From positions 5,184-69,183 of the forward strand of contig NZ_NSIU01000011.1 of assembly GCF_002633015.1 (NCBI RefSeq): a DNA stretch of 64,000 nt, in the 5' to 3' direction. The position numbers and the translations under genes are program-made. Below the pieces are notes generated by a model. It was not told where the DNA came from. It made no database searches and saw only the letters and a program-made list of their open reading frames with translations. How positions within the stretch are numbered: the stretch's first letter is position 1; the number at the start of each line of letters is the position of its first letter. The DNA is from Sulfuricurvum sp. PD_MW2 (GTDB lineage Bacteria; Campylobacterota; Campylobacteria; Campylobacterales; Sulfurimonadaceae). Shown here in pieces: positions 49,482 through 60,709 of the stretch.

Positions 49482-51195
49482 TGCCAGAACTTTAACCCCA
49501 TCATTCAACGAGCTTAGCACTCTAGGAAAAAACATTACCGTCCTCTATGTCGAAGACAATGAAATGATTCGAGAAGAGTTCACCCTCTTTTTAAAACGTT
49601 TTTTTCCAAATGTCGATACGGCAACTGATGGTGAAGAAGGGCTTAAAGCTGCATTGAAACAGCACTATGATCTTATTATCAGTGATATTCAAATGCCTCG
49701 CCTCAATGGTCTTGAAATGATTGAAGAGATCAAAAAATACATTCCGAATCAAGCCGCTTTACTCATTTCCGCACACCAAGAGGTCTCGATGCTTCATCGA
49801 AGCGTAGAGCTTGGAATTGACGGTTATCTTTTTAAACCGATTCAACCTCAACAAACCATCAAACTCCTCCATAAGGTCGTATCTCACATTCAACACGAGA
49901 AAGAGAATACCCAATACAAACTCCATCTTGAAGAGTTAGTCAAAAGCAAAAACAACGAACTGCTTCAGATGTATACCATCGATCGTATTACAGGGCTTTT
50001 CACGATCGGTCAATTCGAAAACGATATTAGCGCTGACTCAAACAATTCGCTTGTATTATTCAAAATCAACGATTTTAAAAGTTTGAACGATTTTTACGGC
50101 TATGAAATCGGGAATTCCATTCTTGTACAATGTGCCGATTTTTTGAAAGATATGACCTCCAGTCTTCCAAACCCAAAACTTTATCGCATCAGCGGAACCC
50201 ATTTCGCCATGTTGGTTCCAATGGACAGTTATGATCTTGAGCGTTTCGCACGCTTGTGTATCCATATGTTTGAAGAGCGTGAAATACAAGTCGATAACGA
50301 ACATATGTATTTGGATATGACGATCGGGATCGTTGATCACAAAGACGGAATCTCTCTCTCCAATGCGGACAAAGCTCTTCGAGAGGCGCAGCGTTCAGGA
50401 AAAGTGATCGTTTATACGCACGATGAAGACAAAGTTCTTCTCCATTCTGCGAAATTAAAATGCAAAGAAGATATCAAGCGTGGCTTAAAAGAGGGACGAT
50501 TTTGCCCTTATTATCAACCTATTATCGATAACTCAACCCGTAAGATTATCAAGTACGAAGCACTTGCCCGTTTGATCCTTCCTGATGGCGAAGTGGTCTC
50601 CCCGGCAGTATTTTTGCCGATCGCAAAAGATACCAAAACGTATCATAAAATCAGCCAGATGATTATCGATAAAGCGATGAAAGATTTTGAGGATTCAGAG
50701 TGTACCATCAGTATCAACCTCTCGATCGAAGATATCAAACATCTTCCAACCCGCCATTTTATTTTTAAAAGGATCGAATCCTTTCCTCAGCCCGAGCGGC
50801 TCGTCTTTGAACTTTTAGAATCTGAGGGGATCGATTCCTACGATGAGTTGGGCGATTTTTTTGCCCGTCTCAAATCCTATGGATGCAAAATCGCTATTGA
50901 TGATTTTGGCTCCGGATATTCGAATTTCGAGCACTTAGCCAAACTCAACATCGACTATATCAAAATCGACGGTTCACTGATTGTTGATATCGATAATGCC
51001 TTTTTATCGCAAACGATTGTCGAAATGGTCACCGCATTTGCAGAAAAAATCAACGTCAAAACAGTGGCCGAATTCGTCGGAAACAAATCGATAGAATCGA
51101 TGATTGTCTCCATGGGGGTACACGAATCGCAAGGATATCTCTTTGGAGCGGCAGTTCCCTACAACCCATCGATGCGTTTTATCCAATCTCTCTAA
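49471..51195 (+). CDS. REC, degenerate GGDEF and EAL phosphodiesterase
   Basis: DIQMP receiver; SGTHF at the GGDEF site; YEALARL, ELLESE, IAIDDFGSGYSNF, KIDGS. Confidence 0.9.
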   Translation: MSTNARTLTPSFNELSTLGKNITVLYVEDNEMIREEFTLFLKRFFPNVDTATDGEEGLKAALKQHYDLIISDIQMPRLNGLEMIEEIKKYIPNQAALLISAHQEVSMLHRSVELGIDGYLFKPIQPQQTIKLLHKVVSHIQHEKENTQYKLHLEELVKSKNNELLQMYTIDRITGLFTIGQFENDISADSNNSLVLFKINDFKSLNDFYGYEIGNSILVQCADFLKDMTSSLPNPKLYRISGTHFAMLVPMDSYDLERFARLCIHMFEEREIQVDNEHMYLDMTIGIVDHKDGISLSNADKALREAQRSGKVIVYTHDEDKVLLHSAKLKCKEDIKRGLKEGRFCPYYQPIIDNSTRKIIKYEALARLILPDGEVVSPAVFLPIAKDTKTYHKISQMIIDKAMKDFEDSECTISINLSIEDIKHLPTRHFIFKRIESFPQPERLVFELLESEGIDSYDELGDFFARLKSYGCKIAIDDFGSGYSNFEHLAKLNIDYIKIDGSLIVDIDNAFLSQTIVEMVTAFAEKINVKTVAEFVGNKSIESMIVSMGVHESQGYLFGAAVPYNPSMRFIQSL

Positions 51196-51198
51196 GAG

Positions 51199-52425
51199 TT
51201 GAGTTATAATAGCCTCACCTCAAACAAAGAGATGAGCATGACGAACATAATAATCGCATTAAAAGAGCTTGCAGCCGCAAAAAATCTCCTTATTGTTGAA
51301 GATGATGAGCATGTCGTAGAGAGCCTAGAGCGTCTTCTCTCTCATTTTTTTAATACCATTTACTCAGCATCGACTCTCCAAAACGCACTCGATTCGTGTA
51401 AACAACTCAGCGAACGTCCTGAACCTTTTATCATTATCAGCGATATTCATTTGGGAAATGAGAGCGGTATCGATCTGATCCGTCAAATCAAGCAAGAAAA
51501 TCCAAACCAAAAAGTCATTGCGATCTCAGGAACCGAAGATAGAGAAATCTTTATCGAATCTATCCGTTATGGAGTTGATCGCTTTATTATAAAACCGATC
51601 GATCAAAATGATCTTTTTAATGCACTCACCACATTATTAACCCGAATCAATTACGACTGTGAGCTTGAAGCTTCTCGACAATTACTCGAAGATTCAAAAG
51701 AGTATGCCCTCAAACTTCTCGAAGAACAAGATCAGTTTTTAAAAAATGCCATTCATGAGATTCATACCCCGCTTTCTGTTATTATCACCAATATTGACCT
51801 CCTGCGGATGGATGGAATCGACAATGAATATCTGAGTGCCATCGAAGCGGGATCGAGAATTATCCAAAACAGCTACGAAGATATGACCTATCTGATGAAA
51901 CGAGACCGTGTCCCGGATTACCATACCTCGATTGATCTGGTTGAGTTCATCCGAGAGCGGGTACGCTATTTCACCTGTATTGCCGAAGTAAATGAGCTCT
52001 CCTTGTCTATTCGAACCGGACAGCCCAATTTTCCGCTGATACAGTTCAATGAGCTCAAGTTATCGCGTTTGGTGGACAATACCCTTTCCAATGCGATTAA
52101 ATACTCATACCGTCCGAGCGAAATCAATGTAACGGTGGGGATTCGAAAAGACAATTTATTTTTCGAAGTACGAAACCATGGACCGATCATCCAAGATAAA
52201 AAGAAAATTTTTCAGCGCTTCCACCGTGAGTCGGAGCATAAAGGGGGGTATGGGCTAGGACTGAGCATCGTTGCCCAAATTTGTGAAGAGGAAAATATCG
52301 ATATCGAACTCACGTCTACAGCTGTAAGAGGGACCGCATTTCGCTATATTTTCAAAAATGCGACGCTCTTGCAACACAATTCTTCTACAATCACACTATT
52401 AAAACAAAATGGAGCGATCGGGTGA
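51199..52425 (+). CDS. Cytoplasmic REC-histidine kinase
   Basis: N-terminal receiver, AIHEIHTPL, NTLSNAIKYS, GYGLGL; alternative starts 51232 and 51238. Confidence 0.88.
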   Translation: MSYNSLTSNKEMSMTNIIIALKELAAAKNLLIVEDDEHVVESLERLLSHFFNTIYSASTLQNALDSCKQLSERPEPFIIISDIHLGNESGIDLIRQIKQENPNQKVIAISGTEDREIFIESIRYGVDRFIIKPIDQNDLFNALTTLLTRINYDCELEASRQLLEDSKEYALKLLEEQDQFLKNAIHEIHTPLSVIITNIDLLRMDGIDNEYLSAIEAGSRIIQNSYEDMTYLMKRDRVPDYHTSIDLVEFIRERVRYFTCIAEVNELSLSIRTGQPNFPLIQFNELKLSRLVDNTLSNAIKYSYRPSEINVTVGIRKDNLFFEVRNHGPIIQDKKKIFQRFHRESEHKGGYGLGLSIVAQICEEENIDIELTSTAVRGTAFRYIFKNATLLQHNSSTITLLKQNGAIG

Positions 52426-53102
52426 AAATTCTCCTTCTCGAAGATGAATTTATGTTGGCACGTTCAATAAGAACCTATCTTCTTGCTCGTGGTCATTTTG
52501 TGGATCATTACGATAACGGTCAAGAAGTTTTGGAACTGATCGATACGCAAAAATACGATTTTTATATCCTCGATATCAATACCCCTCTCGTGGGTGGATT
52601 GGAATGCCTAAAAGTCATTTCAGCCAAATATCCAGATACACCCAAAATCATCATCAGCGCGTATCACGACGTCGATTATATTTCGGATGCTTTCTCATTC
52701 GGATGCAGCGATTATTTGAAAAAACCCTTTAATCTCAAAGAGCTTGATATCCGTATAGCACACCTTACCAGTCAGATCCAACAAACGGCAAAACCGCAGT
52801 ATGAGCCGATCATTCGATTGAGCGAACACTACACGTTTGATAAAGAGAGCAATTTTTTATTTTATGATGGTAAAATTCAGAAATTTACCAAACGCGAACT
52901 TTCTTTGATCACGATGTTTGTGAGTAATCTCGGACAAATCATGACAGATGAGAGCATACGCTCTTTTGTATGGGACGGCGAAGAGGCAGAACCTTCAACC
53001 ATCCGTTCACTCGTCAATCGTGTCAGAAGCAAACTTAAAGAAGAGCTGATTGAGAATATTCGAGGATTTGGCTACACAATGAAAAGGATGGAGCGTGTCT
53101 AA
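52422..53102 (+). CDS. OmpR-family DNA-binding response regulator
   Basis: LLLEDE, LDINTP, YLKKPF, FTKRE, TIRSLVNRVRSKL, IRGFGY. Confidence 0.93.
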   Translation: MKILLLEDEFMLARSIRTYLLARGHFVDHYDNGQEVLELIDTQKYDFYILDINTPLVGGLECLKVISAKYPDTPKIIISAYHDVDYISDAFSFGCSDYLKKPFNLKELDIRIAHLTSQIQQTAKPQYEPIIRLSEHYTFDKESNFLFYDGKIQKFTKRELSLITMFVSNLGQIMTDESIRSFVWDGEEAEPSTIRSLVNRVRSKLKEELIENIRGFGYTMKRMERV

Positions 53103-54747
53103 CGACATTCTCAAACTCAAAGAAGGTTCAGAAACTCGTAGCGTACTAATTGTGGATGATGATCCCGAACTCTCCGAATCACTTTCCCGCATACTACAAG
53201 TCTTTTTCAAAGAGTGTATTATTGCTTCCGATGGGGAAGAAGCCTATAGCCTTTATTGCTCAAGACAAGAGCAAGGAGGCTCCTTTACACTTGTTATCAG
53301 TGATTTAGAACTCCCGAAAATGGGCGGTCTTCGTCTGATAAAACAGATCCGCTCACTCAACGAACGTCAAGCTATTTTAATCTTATCTGCACACGACGAA
53401 GCCGAATATATGGCAGAAGCGATCCGATTGGACGTTGAGGGATATCTCATAAAGCCTCTCTCGATGCCGAAACTCTTTGAAAGTTTAGAGAAAATTTTTA
53501 CTCAACCTCAACGCGATACGTCTCTCATATTTTTTGAAAACGACCCTATTACGGGCTGGAAATCGTTTCAAGAACTTGCCGATCGGATACAAACTCTTGA
53601 GTCTCCTCCCTTTACGTTACTGCGGATCAAAGTCAACCATCTAAGTAATATTTTCAAATTTGTCGGTGATACTTTCGCTAACGAATATCTCGAAGAACTC
53701 TCCACATTGCTGCAAAGTATTTCACATGAGGGAAAAGAGCATTTTTACCGCATCGGAACCGATGAATTTTCTCTCGTTTTGGAAGGGCATCAGATTGATC
53801 TAGCGACCACAATCGCATCCAACATGGTTTCGGTCGCACGCTATTTTCATACATCTGAAAAAGGGATCGTTTTAAATTCAAGTCTCTCCATCGGAATCAC
53901 CTACGGCAAAGAAAATATATTATTTCACTCAAAACTAGCCCTCGATACGGTTGCAGATCATATCGGAGGTGGATACAACGTCTACGTGTCCAACGATCAA
54001 AACGTCTCGAACCACAAGAAAAGCCAAGAGATTTTGCGGATGATTTTCAATGCGCTTCATGAAGAGAGCATTGTTCCCTTCTTCGCATTGATGCGTACCC
54101 CCGGTTCTCGAGAAGTATTCGGCTATGAAAGCGTTGTCAAAATTCGAAACAATGACCATCTCTACGGCTCTGATACATTTCGTTCCATTGCCCTAGATAT
54201 GGGGCAAATGGGGATGATCACCCGCTCTGTCATACGTCGTACGTTCGAGTTGAAGAAACTTCTCGATCCCATCCGACCGATCTTTTTGACCCTCAGTGAA
54301 ACAGAATTGAGTGATGAATCACTTTTGTCGTATATTCTATTTTGGGCCGAGCGTAATGAAATCACTCCATCAAACATCTGCTTTCATATTGTCGATGCAC
54401 TGAAAATCCTCCAAAACGACCATCTCTTAGCATGTGTCAAAACCATTCAGCAAAGCGGCTTTAAAATTATGATCAGTCAATTCGGCGTCGGTGATTTCAA
54501 CATCATGACACTCTTGTCTCTGCGCCCTGATTATCTGAAATTCAGTCCAGAACTGATTAAAAAAGCCGATAATCCTGATATACATTTCATTCTCTCAAAA
54601 CTCACAGAGAGTATGCATCATCTAGAGATTCAATGTATTGCTCAAGGTGTAGATGATGAAAAAACACTAGAGTACATCAATGGCCTTGATATAGACGCTT
54701 TTTGCGGATCTCTAGCCGGTAATATTTTTGAGGTGACCAATGGATAA
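53095..54747 (+). CDS. REC with degenerate GGDEF and degenerate EAL
   Basis: Receiver (SDLELP), GTDEF, ESV in place of EAL, SQFGVGDF in place of DDFGTG. Confidence 0.8.
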   Translation: MSNDILKLKEGSETRSVLIVDDDPELSESLSRILQVFFKECIIASDGEEAYSLYCSRQEQGGSFTLVISDLELPKMGGLRLIKQIRSLNERQAILILSAHDEAEYMAEAIRLDVEGYLIKPLSMPKLFESLEKIFTQPQRDTSLIFFENDPITGWKSFQELADRIQTLESPPFTLLRIKVNHLSNIFKFVGDTFANEYLEELSTLLQSISHEGKEHFYRIGTDEFSLVLEGHQIDLATTIASNMVSVARYFHTSEKGIVLNSSLSIGITYGKENILFHSKLALDTVADHIGGGYNVYVSNDQNVSNHKKSQEILRMIFNALHEESIVPFFALMRTPGSREVFGYESVVKIRNNDHLYGSDTFRSIALDMGQMGMITRSVIRRTFELKKLLDPIRPIFLTLSETELSDESLLSYILFWAERNEITPSNICFHIVDALKILQNDHLLACVKTIQQSGFKIMISQFGVGDFNIMTLLSLRPDYLKFSPELIKKADNPDIHFILSKLTESMHHLEIQCIAQGVDDEKTLEYINGLDIDAFCGSLAGNIFEVTNG

Positions 54748-55858
54748 TGCTTTACCCTCCCTACTCTATCTTTATGATGAAACACCCTCTTTTGCACCGA
54801 CGGATGAACTAAAACGTTTATTCTCACTAACAACGCTTTTGTACGGCTCAAAGCCGGATCTTCCTACCGCATATATCGGTATTATCTTAGAGACAAAAAA
54901 ATTTGATCTCTCTCATATCGATTATTTAGAATCCCTCTTTCAGATCAATAAAGCAGTACTGATTCTCATAGCATCTGAAATAGATGAAGCATGCTATCGC
55001 AGAATATCGTTACAAACCCAGTGCGTACACTATTCCCCTTCATCTGAAAATCTAGACGCGATACTATGCACAGAAATCATTCCTATGCTTCAAGAATATA
55101 TGAATACGCTTCACTACAATGAAGCCTTAAAACTTCGTTCACATCGTTCCGGAATGGTTGATACCCTCAACGTTGTCGCCCATCAATGGCGCCAACCCAT
55201 CAATCTTATCAGTATGGAAGCGATCAATCTCTCCATCCAATCAACGCTTGAAGAGTGCGTCCCCTCCGCATCGATCCAAAAAAGTACGACTATGATTTCT
55301 GAACAATCCCAACGGATGGCAGAGATTTTAAAAAATGTCTTGAATATGGGAAAAACCCATCGGGGAAAAGAACCGTTTTCAATCAATGAAATGTTGGAGA
55401 GGGTAGAGCTCTTTTTCACCGATCTATTGCAGCGTGAACGGATCTACTATCAGACGCTCAAACTTGAAAATGATCAGTTTTTATACGGTTACTCAAGCGA
55501 TTTAGAAGAGGTCCTAGTCAACCTGATTGCCAATGCGAAAGATGCATTCAAAAGCATTGCGACCGAATATACAAAAACGATTTCCATAGAGGTCTCATCC
55601 AACGACACCGCATTCATTTTTCATATCAAAGATAACGCGGGGGGTGTCCCGGAAGCGATACGGGAGAAGATATTTGAGCCCCATTTCTCTACCAAGGGAA
55701 AAGGAGAAGGATTTGGTATCGGTCTGCATATCGCACGGCTCATTATCACTCAAGAGTTCAAAGGGACATTAGAGCTCTCCGTATCGGATAATCAAACGAC
55801 GTTTATTATCTCAATTCCCCGCACTGATACCAGCCAATTGAAATTTATTTACTCTTAA
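54740..55858 (+). CDS. Histidine kinase
   Basis: AHQWRQP, NLIANAKDA, DNAGG, GFGIGL. Confidence 0.88.
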   Translation: MDNALPSLLYLYDETPSFAPTDELKRLFSLTTLLYGSKPDLPTAYIGIILETKKFDLSHIDYLESLFQINKAVLILIASEIDEACYRRISLQTQCVHYSPSSENLDAILCTEIIPMLQEYMNTLHYNEALKLRSHRSGMVDTLNVVAHQWRQPINLISMEAINLSIQSTLEECVPSASIQKSTTMISEQSQRMAEILKNVLNMGKTHRGKEPFSINEMLERVELFFTDLLQRERIYYQTLKLENDQFLYGYSSDLEEVLVNLIANAKDAFKSIATEYTKTISIEVSSNDTAFIFHIKDNAGGVPEAIREKIFEPHFSTKGKGEGFGIGLHIARLIITQEFKGTLELSVSDNQTTFIISIPRTDTSQLKFIYS

Positions 55859-57999
55859 ATACTTAGAGGAAGGGCAATCTCAAAGCAGACACCCTCCTCA
55901 TGGTTATACGCTCTCAAATTCCCTTTTAGATGTTTTTCAACAATAATTTTCGATACGTACAACCCTAATCCGGTTCCATTCACATCTTGTTTCGTTGAAA
56001 AATAGGGATCAAAAATCTTATCTATAACATCATCTGATATCCCTCCGGCATTGTCACAAATACTCAAAAAGATATTTTCAGACTCTTGCCGGAATCGAAT
56101 CGTAATTTTTTGATTATGGTGGGGATGGATTTCAAAGGCATCTTTTGCATTTTTCATAATGTTCACAATAACCTGTACCAATTCACGTGCATGTGTCATC
56201 ACTACGATATCAGATACATCGGGTTTTTCTATTGTGATATTGGCATAGTCAATCGATTTTCCAATAACCAATACGGCGTCATTGACGATAGTTGATAGAT
56301 TGGCCTCGGCCAATGCATTATCGGGTTTAAAAAAGTTTCTAAAATCATCTATCGTTTTTGAAAGTTCCTGTGTCAAATCAATGGTATTGAGCAGAGCATC
56401 TCTGAGTCTCTCTTCGTTGAGCGTATTAAACTCGACATCCATGTAAAGATTATTGGCCATTACCGCAATCGCATTAACCGGTTGTCTCCATTGATGCGCA
56501 ATCATACTGATCATTTCACCCATGGCAGCCAAACGGGATTGATGGATCATCATTTTTTGTGTTTCGAGATTACTTGCGACTCCCTCTTCGATTCTCGTAT
56601 TCATCGACGCATACAAACTTTTGAGCTCGTCCCCCATACGGGTAAAGTTATCGATCAATATATCGATTTCATGAATATTGCTCGAGTGAAATTTTGCGAT
56701 TTCGAGGTTGTTTTTTAACTCATCGGTCGCTTTGACCAAGTTTTCGATCGGATCTAAAATGATCTTGGAGAAGTTTTTGGATCGACGCATAATCAACATA
56801 AAAAATACAATATAGAATAGAGCCATAAGACCCAAGATCGCATAACCGATATTGTCCGTACGGTGTTTTAATGCCATTGTTTTAGCTAAGAGTGAATTTT
56901 TATCGACAAGGATGATCAATCTCCATCCTGTTTGATCGATTGTATTTTGCGTCACTAAAAAGCTCTCTGAATCGCCGTTGAACTCATCCACCGCCCGATG
57001 ATTTTTGAACATATCCCCTAATAGCTGAGTGATTGGATGTTTTTGTTCTTTGAGCAGGTTAAAATCTTTCGGTTTACTGATCGTTTTTTCTACCGGTTTA
57101 TCGTAGGTTCCCGATACCTCTTTTATCCCGATGATCGGTTCAAGCCCTTTGTTCATCGCAATGATATTGCCGTGTTGATCCACAAGCATTGCGTACGAAG
57201 TATAGGGCAACTTGATCGAAAGAATATTGGTCAAAATCTTTTCGAGGGTAATATCGATTCCTACGACCCCTTCTAGAAAATCATTGCGATAGACAGGGGC
57301 GATTGCACTGATCATCCATCCCTGCCCTGCCGGATCAAGATATGCATCGGTCCAAACGACGGAGCGTTTTGGGTTGTGTTTTTGATCGGCGAGATAATAA
57401 AAATTGTACGTTGGGATATTGATATCATGCGGATATTGCCCTAAGGCATCGTCCATAAACGGACATAAACGGTTCATCGAATCGTAACTGTTGAAATAAA
57501 CCTGAACAACATTATCATTTGTCGATAACGTAGCATTGTAAAACGGATCGAGTTTTTCTGTGGCTACCGCTTTTTGGATTCTCGCGGGCTCATTTTTCGA
57601 TACGCTCGAATAAAAAAGGGTACAGGAGTCCTCTTTCTTTTTTAGGTTGTATAAAACCCCATCGGAGGTATGCAGATAACTTTTATCGGCAGCATTCATG
57701 CTGTTGGATTCTTTTTCGGAAAAAAACTGCTGATGCCGCGATTGAAAAAGTTTCGTAATATCGCCGACCGAGCGGAATTCAAGATCTATACTCTTGGCTG
57801 ATCTTTCCGCTATCCCGGCGATATTGACTTTATTCTCTTCAAGCAAAGCATTTTGGGTAGCGGATGTCACAAAGTGATTGCTCCAAAAATAGGCGACAAG
57901 CAACGTTAGTTCTATGATTAAAAGAGGATAGATGATCGATTTTAAATACTCGTTTCGGATAATCGAAGAGAGTTTCTTAGATTTGATACCCTTTAGCAT
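55855..57999 (-). CDS. dCache-HAMP sensor histidine kinase
   Basis: Two TM, WTDAYLDPAGQGWMISAIAPVY, AHQWRQP, GTGLGL. Confidence 0.9.
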   Translation of the reverse strand: MLKGIKSKKLSSIIRNEYLKSIIYPLLIIELTLLVAYFWSNHFVTSATQNALLEENKVNIAGIAERSAKSIDLEFRSVGDITKLFQSRHQQFFSEKESNSMNAADKSYLHTSDGVLYNLKKKEDSCTLFYSSVSKNEPARIQKAVATEKLDPFYNATLSTNDNVVQVYFNSYDSMNRLCPFMDDALGQYPHDINIPTYNFYYLADQKHNPKRSVVWTDAYLDPAGQGWMISAIAPVYRNDFLEGVVGIDITLEKILTNILSIKLPYTSYAMLVDQHGNIIAMNKGLEPIIGIKEVSGTYDKPVEKTISKPKDFNLLKEQKHPITQLLGDMFKNHRAVDEFNGDSESFLVTQNTIDQTGWRLIILVDKNSLLAKTMALKHRTDNIGYAILGLMALFYIVFFMLIMRRSKNFSKIILDPIENLVKATDELKNNLEIAKFHSSNIHEIDILIDNFTRMGDELKSLYASMNTRIEEGVASNLETQKMMIHQSRLAAMGEMISMIAHQWRQPVNAIAVMANNLYMDVEFNTLNEERLRDALLNTIDLTQELSKTIDDFRNFFKPDNALAEANLSTIVNDAVLVIGKSIDYANITIEKPDVSDIVVMTHARELVQVIVNIMKNAKDAFEIHPHHNQKITIRFRQESENIFLSICDNAGGISDDVIDKIFDPYFSTKQDVNGTGLGLYVSKIIVEKHLKGNLRAYNHEEGVCFEIALPLSI

Positions 58000-58005
58000 C
58001 TACAC

Positions 58006-59229
58006 TCACACATTTTCCGAAACGATTGCCCATCGGTAACAGCTCTCAAGATTCTGCCGTACAATTTCGACGATAGAACCGTCCAGTTTTAGATCATCTC
58101 TCATCGAATCCAAAACCCCTAATGCCGCTTCAGCACTCATCCCCATTCGATAGGGGCGATCTTGAACCAATGCCTGAAAGATATCGGCTATCGCCAAGAT
58201 TCTGGCCTCTGTCGGGATCTGATCACCATGCAAATGATAAGGGTAGCCTTTGGCATCCAATGTCTCATGATGCATCGAAGCGATTTGCGCTATTTCATGA
58301 AATCCTTTGATCTTTCGAAGAATCATATTGGAATCAAACCCGTGGCGATTCATTTGAGAGCGTTCCTCTTCGTTCAACGGACCCGCTTTGTGCAAAATAG
58401 CATCCGCAACTCGGAGTTTTCCCAAATCATGGAAGAATGCCGCTAATTCGATTCTCTCTTGCTGACGTTCACTCAGCCCGTACAATCCAGACAAATGACG
58501 CGCCAATGCCGCAACGCCATAGGTATGTTTCGACGTAAAAGGACTTTTTGCATCAACAACATCCGCAAACATCATCGCAACGCTTTTTAGATCATCAAAC
58601 AGTACGTCTGAGGGTTCAGTCAGATTGATCCACTCATCATAATACCCTTCCAGCGACTCAATCTCCAAATAATACCAAAACGAATCCGCCAACGATACCT
58701 CTACAAATGCATCCACCAATTCAGGAGCAAACATCTCACCGGCATATTTTTGAATCGTTGCACGTACATTGGCTTTTTCTTGCAATGTTGTGGAACCCAG
58801 CTGAACACGCAGCGCATCAACACGGTCGGTCAAATAGATAAGATTAGCCTCTTCTTTGGTTTCAAGAGGGAGCGATGAAGATAATTCATCCCAATGGGTA
58901 TGATGGTATAAAATGACATCGGTATAATCGGTATAAAACGGGACTTTTTTCAGAAGGGAAGCACCTCTAATGCAATGGGTTTGCGAGTTATCCCAATCGA
59001 GTTCGCTCACCAAATGATGATGGACATCGGTCGATGATACACCGCAATCATGAAGCATGCCGATCAAAAGGATTCTATCGATCCGCTCGGATGACCACCC
59101 TAAGCGTTTTGCGACTTCGGCAGACATATACCCTACCCGCTTTCCGTGCATGGTATCATCTATTCCGACATAATCAAGCGCTTCGGATAAAGCATACGTT
59201 ACCTCTCTAAAATTCAGAACGTATTTCAT
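58006..59229 (-). CDS. Tandem HD / HD-GYP phosphohydrolase
   Basis: LHDCG...HHTHWD and FHDLGK...HHETLDAKGYP. Confidence 0.9.
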   Translation of the reverse strand: MKYVLNFREVTYALSEALDYVGIDDTMHGKRVGYMSAEVAKRLGWSSERIDRILLIGMLHDCGVSSTDVHHHLVSELDWDNSQTHCIRGASLLKKVPFYTDYTDVILYHHTHWDELSSSLPLETKEEANLIYLTDRVDALRVQLGSTTLQEKANVRATIQKYAGEMFAPELVDAFVEVSLADSFWYYLEIESLEGYYDEWINLTEPSDVLFDDLKSVAMMFADVVDAKSPFTSKHTYGVAALARHLSGLYGLSERQQERIELAAFFHDLGKLRVADAILHKAGPLNEEERSQMNRHGFDSNMILRKIKGFHEIAQIASMHHETLDAKGYPYHLHGDQIPTEARILAIADIFQALVQDRPYRMGMSAEAALGVLDSMRDDLKLDGSIVEIVRQNLESCYRWAIVSENV

Positions 59230-59272
59230 CCCCTACCCTTATGATCGATTTTTTGATTATTCACATACAACA

Positions 59273-60709
59273 TTAATGTGTAGTATTTGCCGCTTCATTC
59301 AACATCGTATCAAGCTGCTTGAATAACTCATCCGATGATTTTTCCATTCGGCTGAATTTTTCAATAATCAACTCTCGATTATCTCCGAGTCTCGACATAT
59401 CCGCGATCACATCACGAATCTCACCGACGATATCATGGACATCTTTGTGCGGTTTGAGCAACCCTTTGTACGAACTGTATTGTCCAAAATGGCTTTGCCC
59501 CTCATTGCCCTCATACCATTTGCCCAAACGGCAATTATGGTGATCGACATGGTTTCCATGTACGTGGCGGGTAAATATCGCATTATAGGTACCGTTTTTG
59601 AAGAGCATATGGTCGATTTTTGCCAAAATAACAAATGCGGTGGATTCGATGTCGCGAACGACTGACGCTGTTTGAAGGGCATCGTTGTTGAATACATGAA
59701 TCGTCTCATCAAATTTTTGGATCAACGCACTTGAACGAAGGGCAATTTCATTGATCGATTCCGATCCCGCTTGAATCGAGTTGGTCTCTTGCTGCAACGT
59801 TTGAATCGCGATTGAAATCTCTCCCGTTGCACTTTGGGTTTTTTCCGCCAATTTTCGAACTTCATCGGCAACAACGGCAAATCCGCGTCCGTGTTCTCCG
59901 GCACGCGCCGCTTCGATCGCTGCGTTCAACGCCAAAAGGTTGGTTTGATCAGCAATGTCTTTGATCAAATTGACAACCGAGTTAATGTCATTCGCACGGG
60001 AACTAAGCGCATTAATCGCACCGTTTGAATCGACGACCAGTTCGCTCAATGCCGAAAGATTTTGACTGACTTCTCCGATTTCATGTACCGTTTCAGATGA
60101 GTGTGCCGCAGTATTCTGTGAAATAGATGAAATATTCGATAGATTTTGGATCGTTGTCACCAAATCTTTTTGAATAACGTCCAATCCTCCCGTAGAGCGG
60201 CTGATCTCAGCGAGTTTGCTATCCAACTCGGAGAGTTTCAGTGCTTCGTGGCTCGCTCTCATTTTGTAAACGTTTTGGTTGATATACTCCGCAGAGCGTT
60301 TGAAGGTCCCTTTTAATCCCATATCTTGAACCGTTCGGTAATAGCGGTCTTGACTCAACGCTTCGATAACGGCGTACGTATCACGCATGTATACTTCGAG
60401 CTGATCGATCATGTTGTTCGTATTCCAACACAATGCACGAAGTTCACCGTGTTCATCGATATTGGTGATGCGCGATTCCATATGTCCGTGTTCAAGCTCT
60501 TTCATCGTTTCGGCTACGTTATGAATCGTCGCTTGTACTTTTCGGATATTGACGGATATTGCCCACGCAATCGCAAAATTGACCAAATTCAAAACACGGA
60601 TCCAGTCAAATCCGATCGTAATGACCTCGATCACGAGAGCCACCATAAATACAATAATTGAAATAATATTTAAATACTGGAGTTTAGAGAGAGAGGATAA
60701 ATTCTTCAT
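59273..60709 (-). CDS. CetA/Aer-like membrane-anchored MCP with C-terminal CZB domain
   Basis: Two TM with a very short loop, [24 protein letters not shown]...CRLGKWY...HKDVH. Confidence 0.92.
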   Translation of the reverse strand: MKNLSSLSKLQYLNIISIIVFMVALVIEVITIGFDWIRVLNLVNFAIAWAISVNIRKVQATIHNVAETMKELEHGHMESRITNIDEHGELRALCWNTNNMIDQLEVYMRDTYAVIEALSQDRYYRTVQDMGLKGTFKRSAEYINQNVYKMRASHEALKLSELDSKLAEISRSTGGLDVIQKDLVTTIQNLSNISSISQNTAAHSSETVHEIGEVSQNLSALSELVVDSNGAINALSSRANDINSVVNLIKDIADQTNLLALNAAIEAARAGEHGRGFAVVADEVRKLAEKTQSATGEISIAIQTLQQETNSIQAGSESINEIALRSSALIQKFDETIHVFNNDALQTASVVRDIESTAFVILAKIDHMLFKNGTYNAIFTRHVHGNHVDHHNCRLGKWYEGNEGQSHFGQYSSYKGLLKPHKDVHDIVGEIRDVIADMSRLGDNRELIIEKFSRMEKSSDELFKQLDTMLNEAANTTH

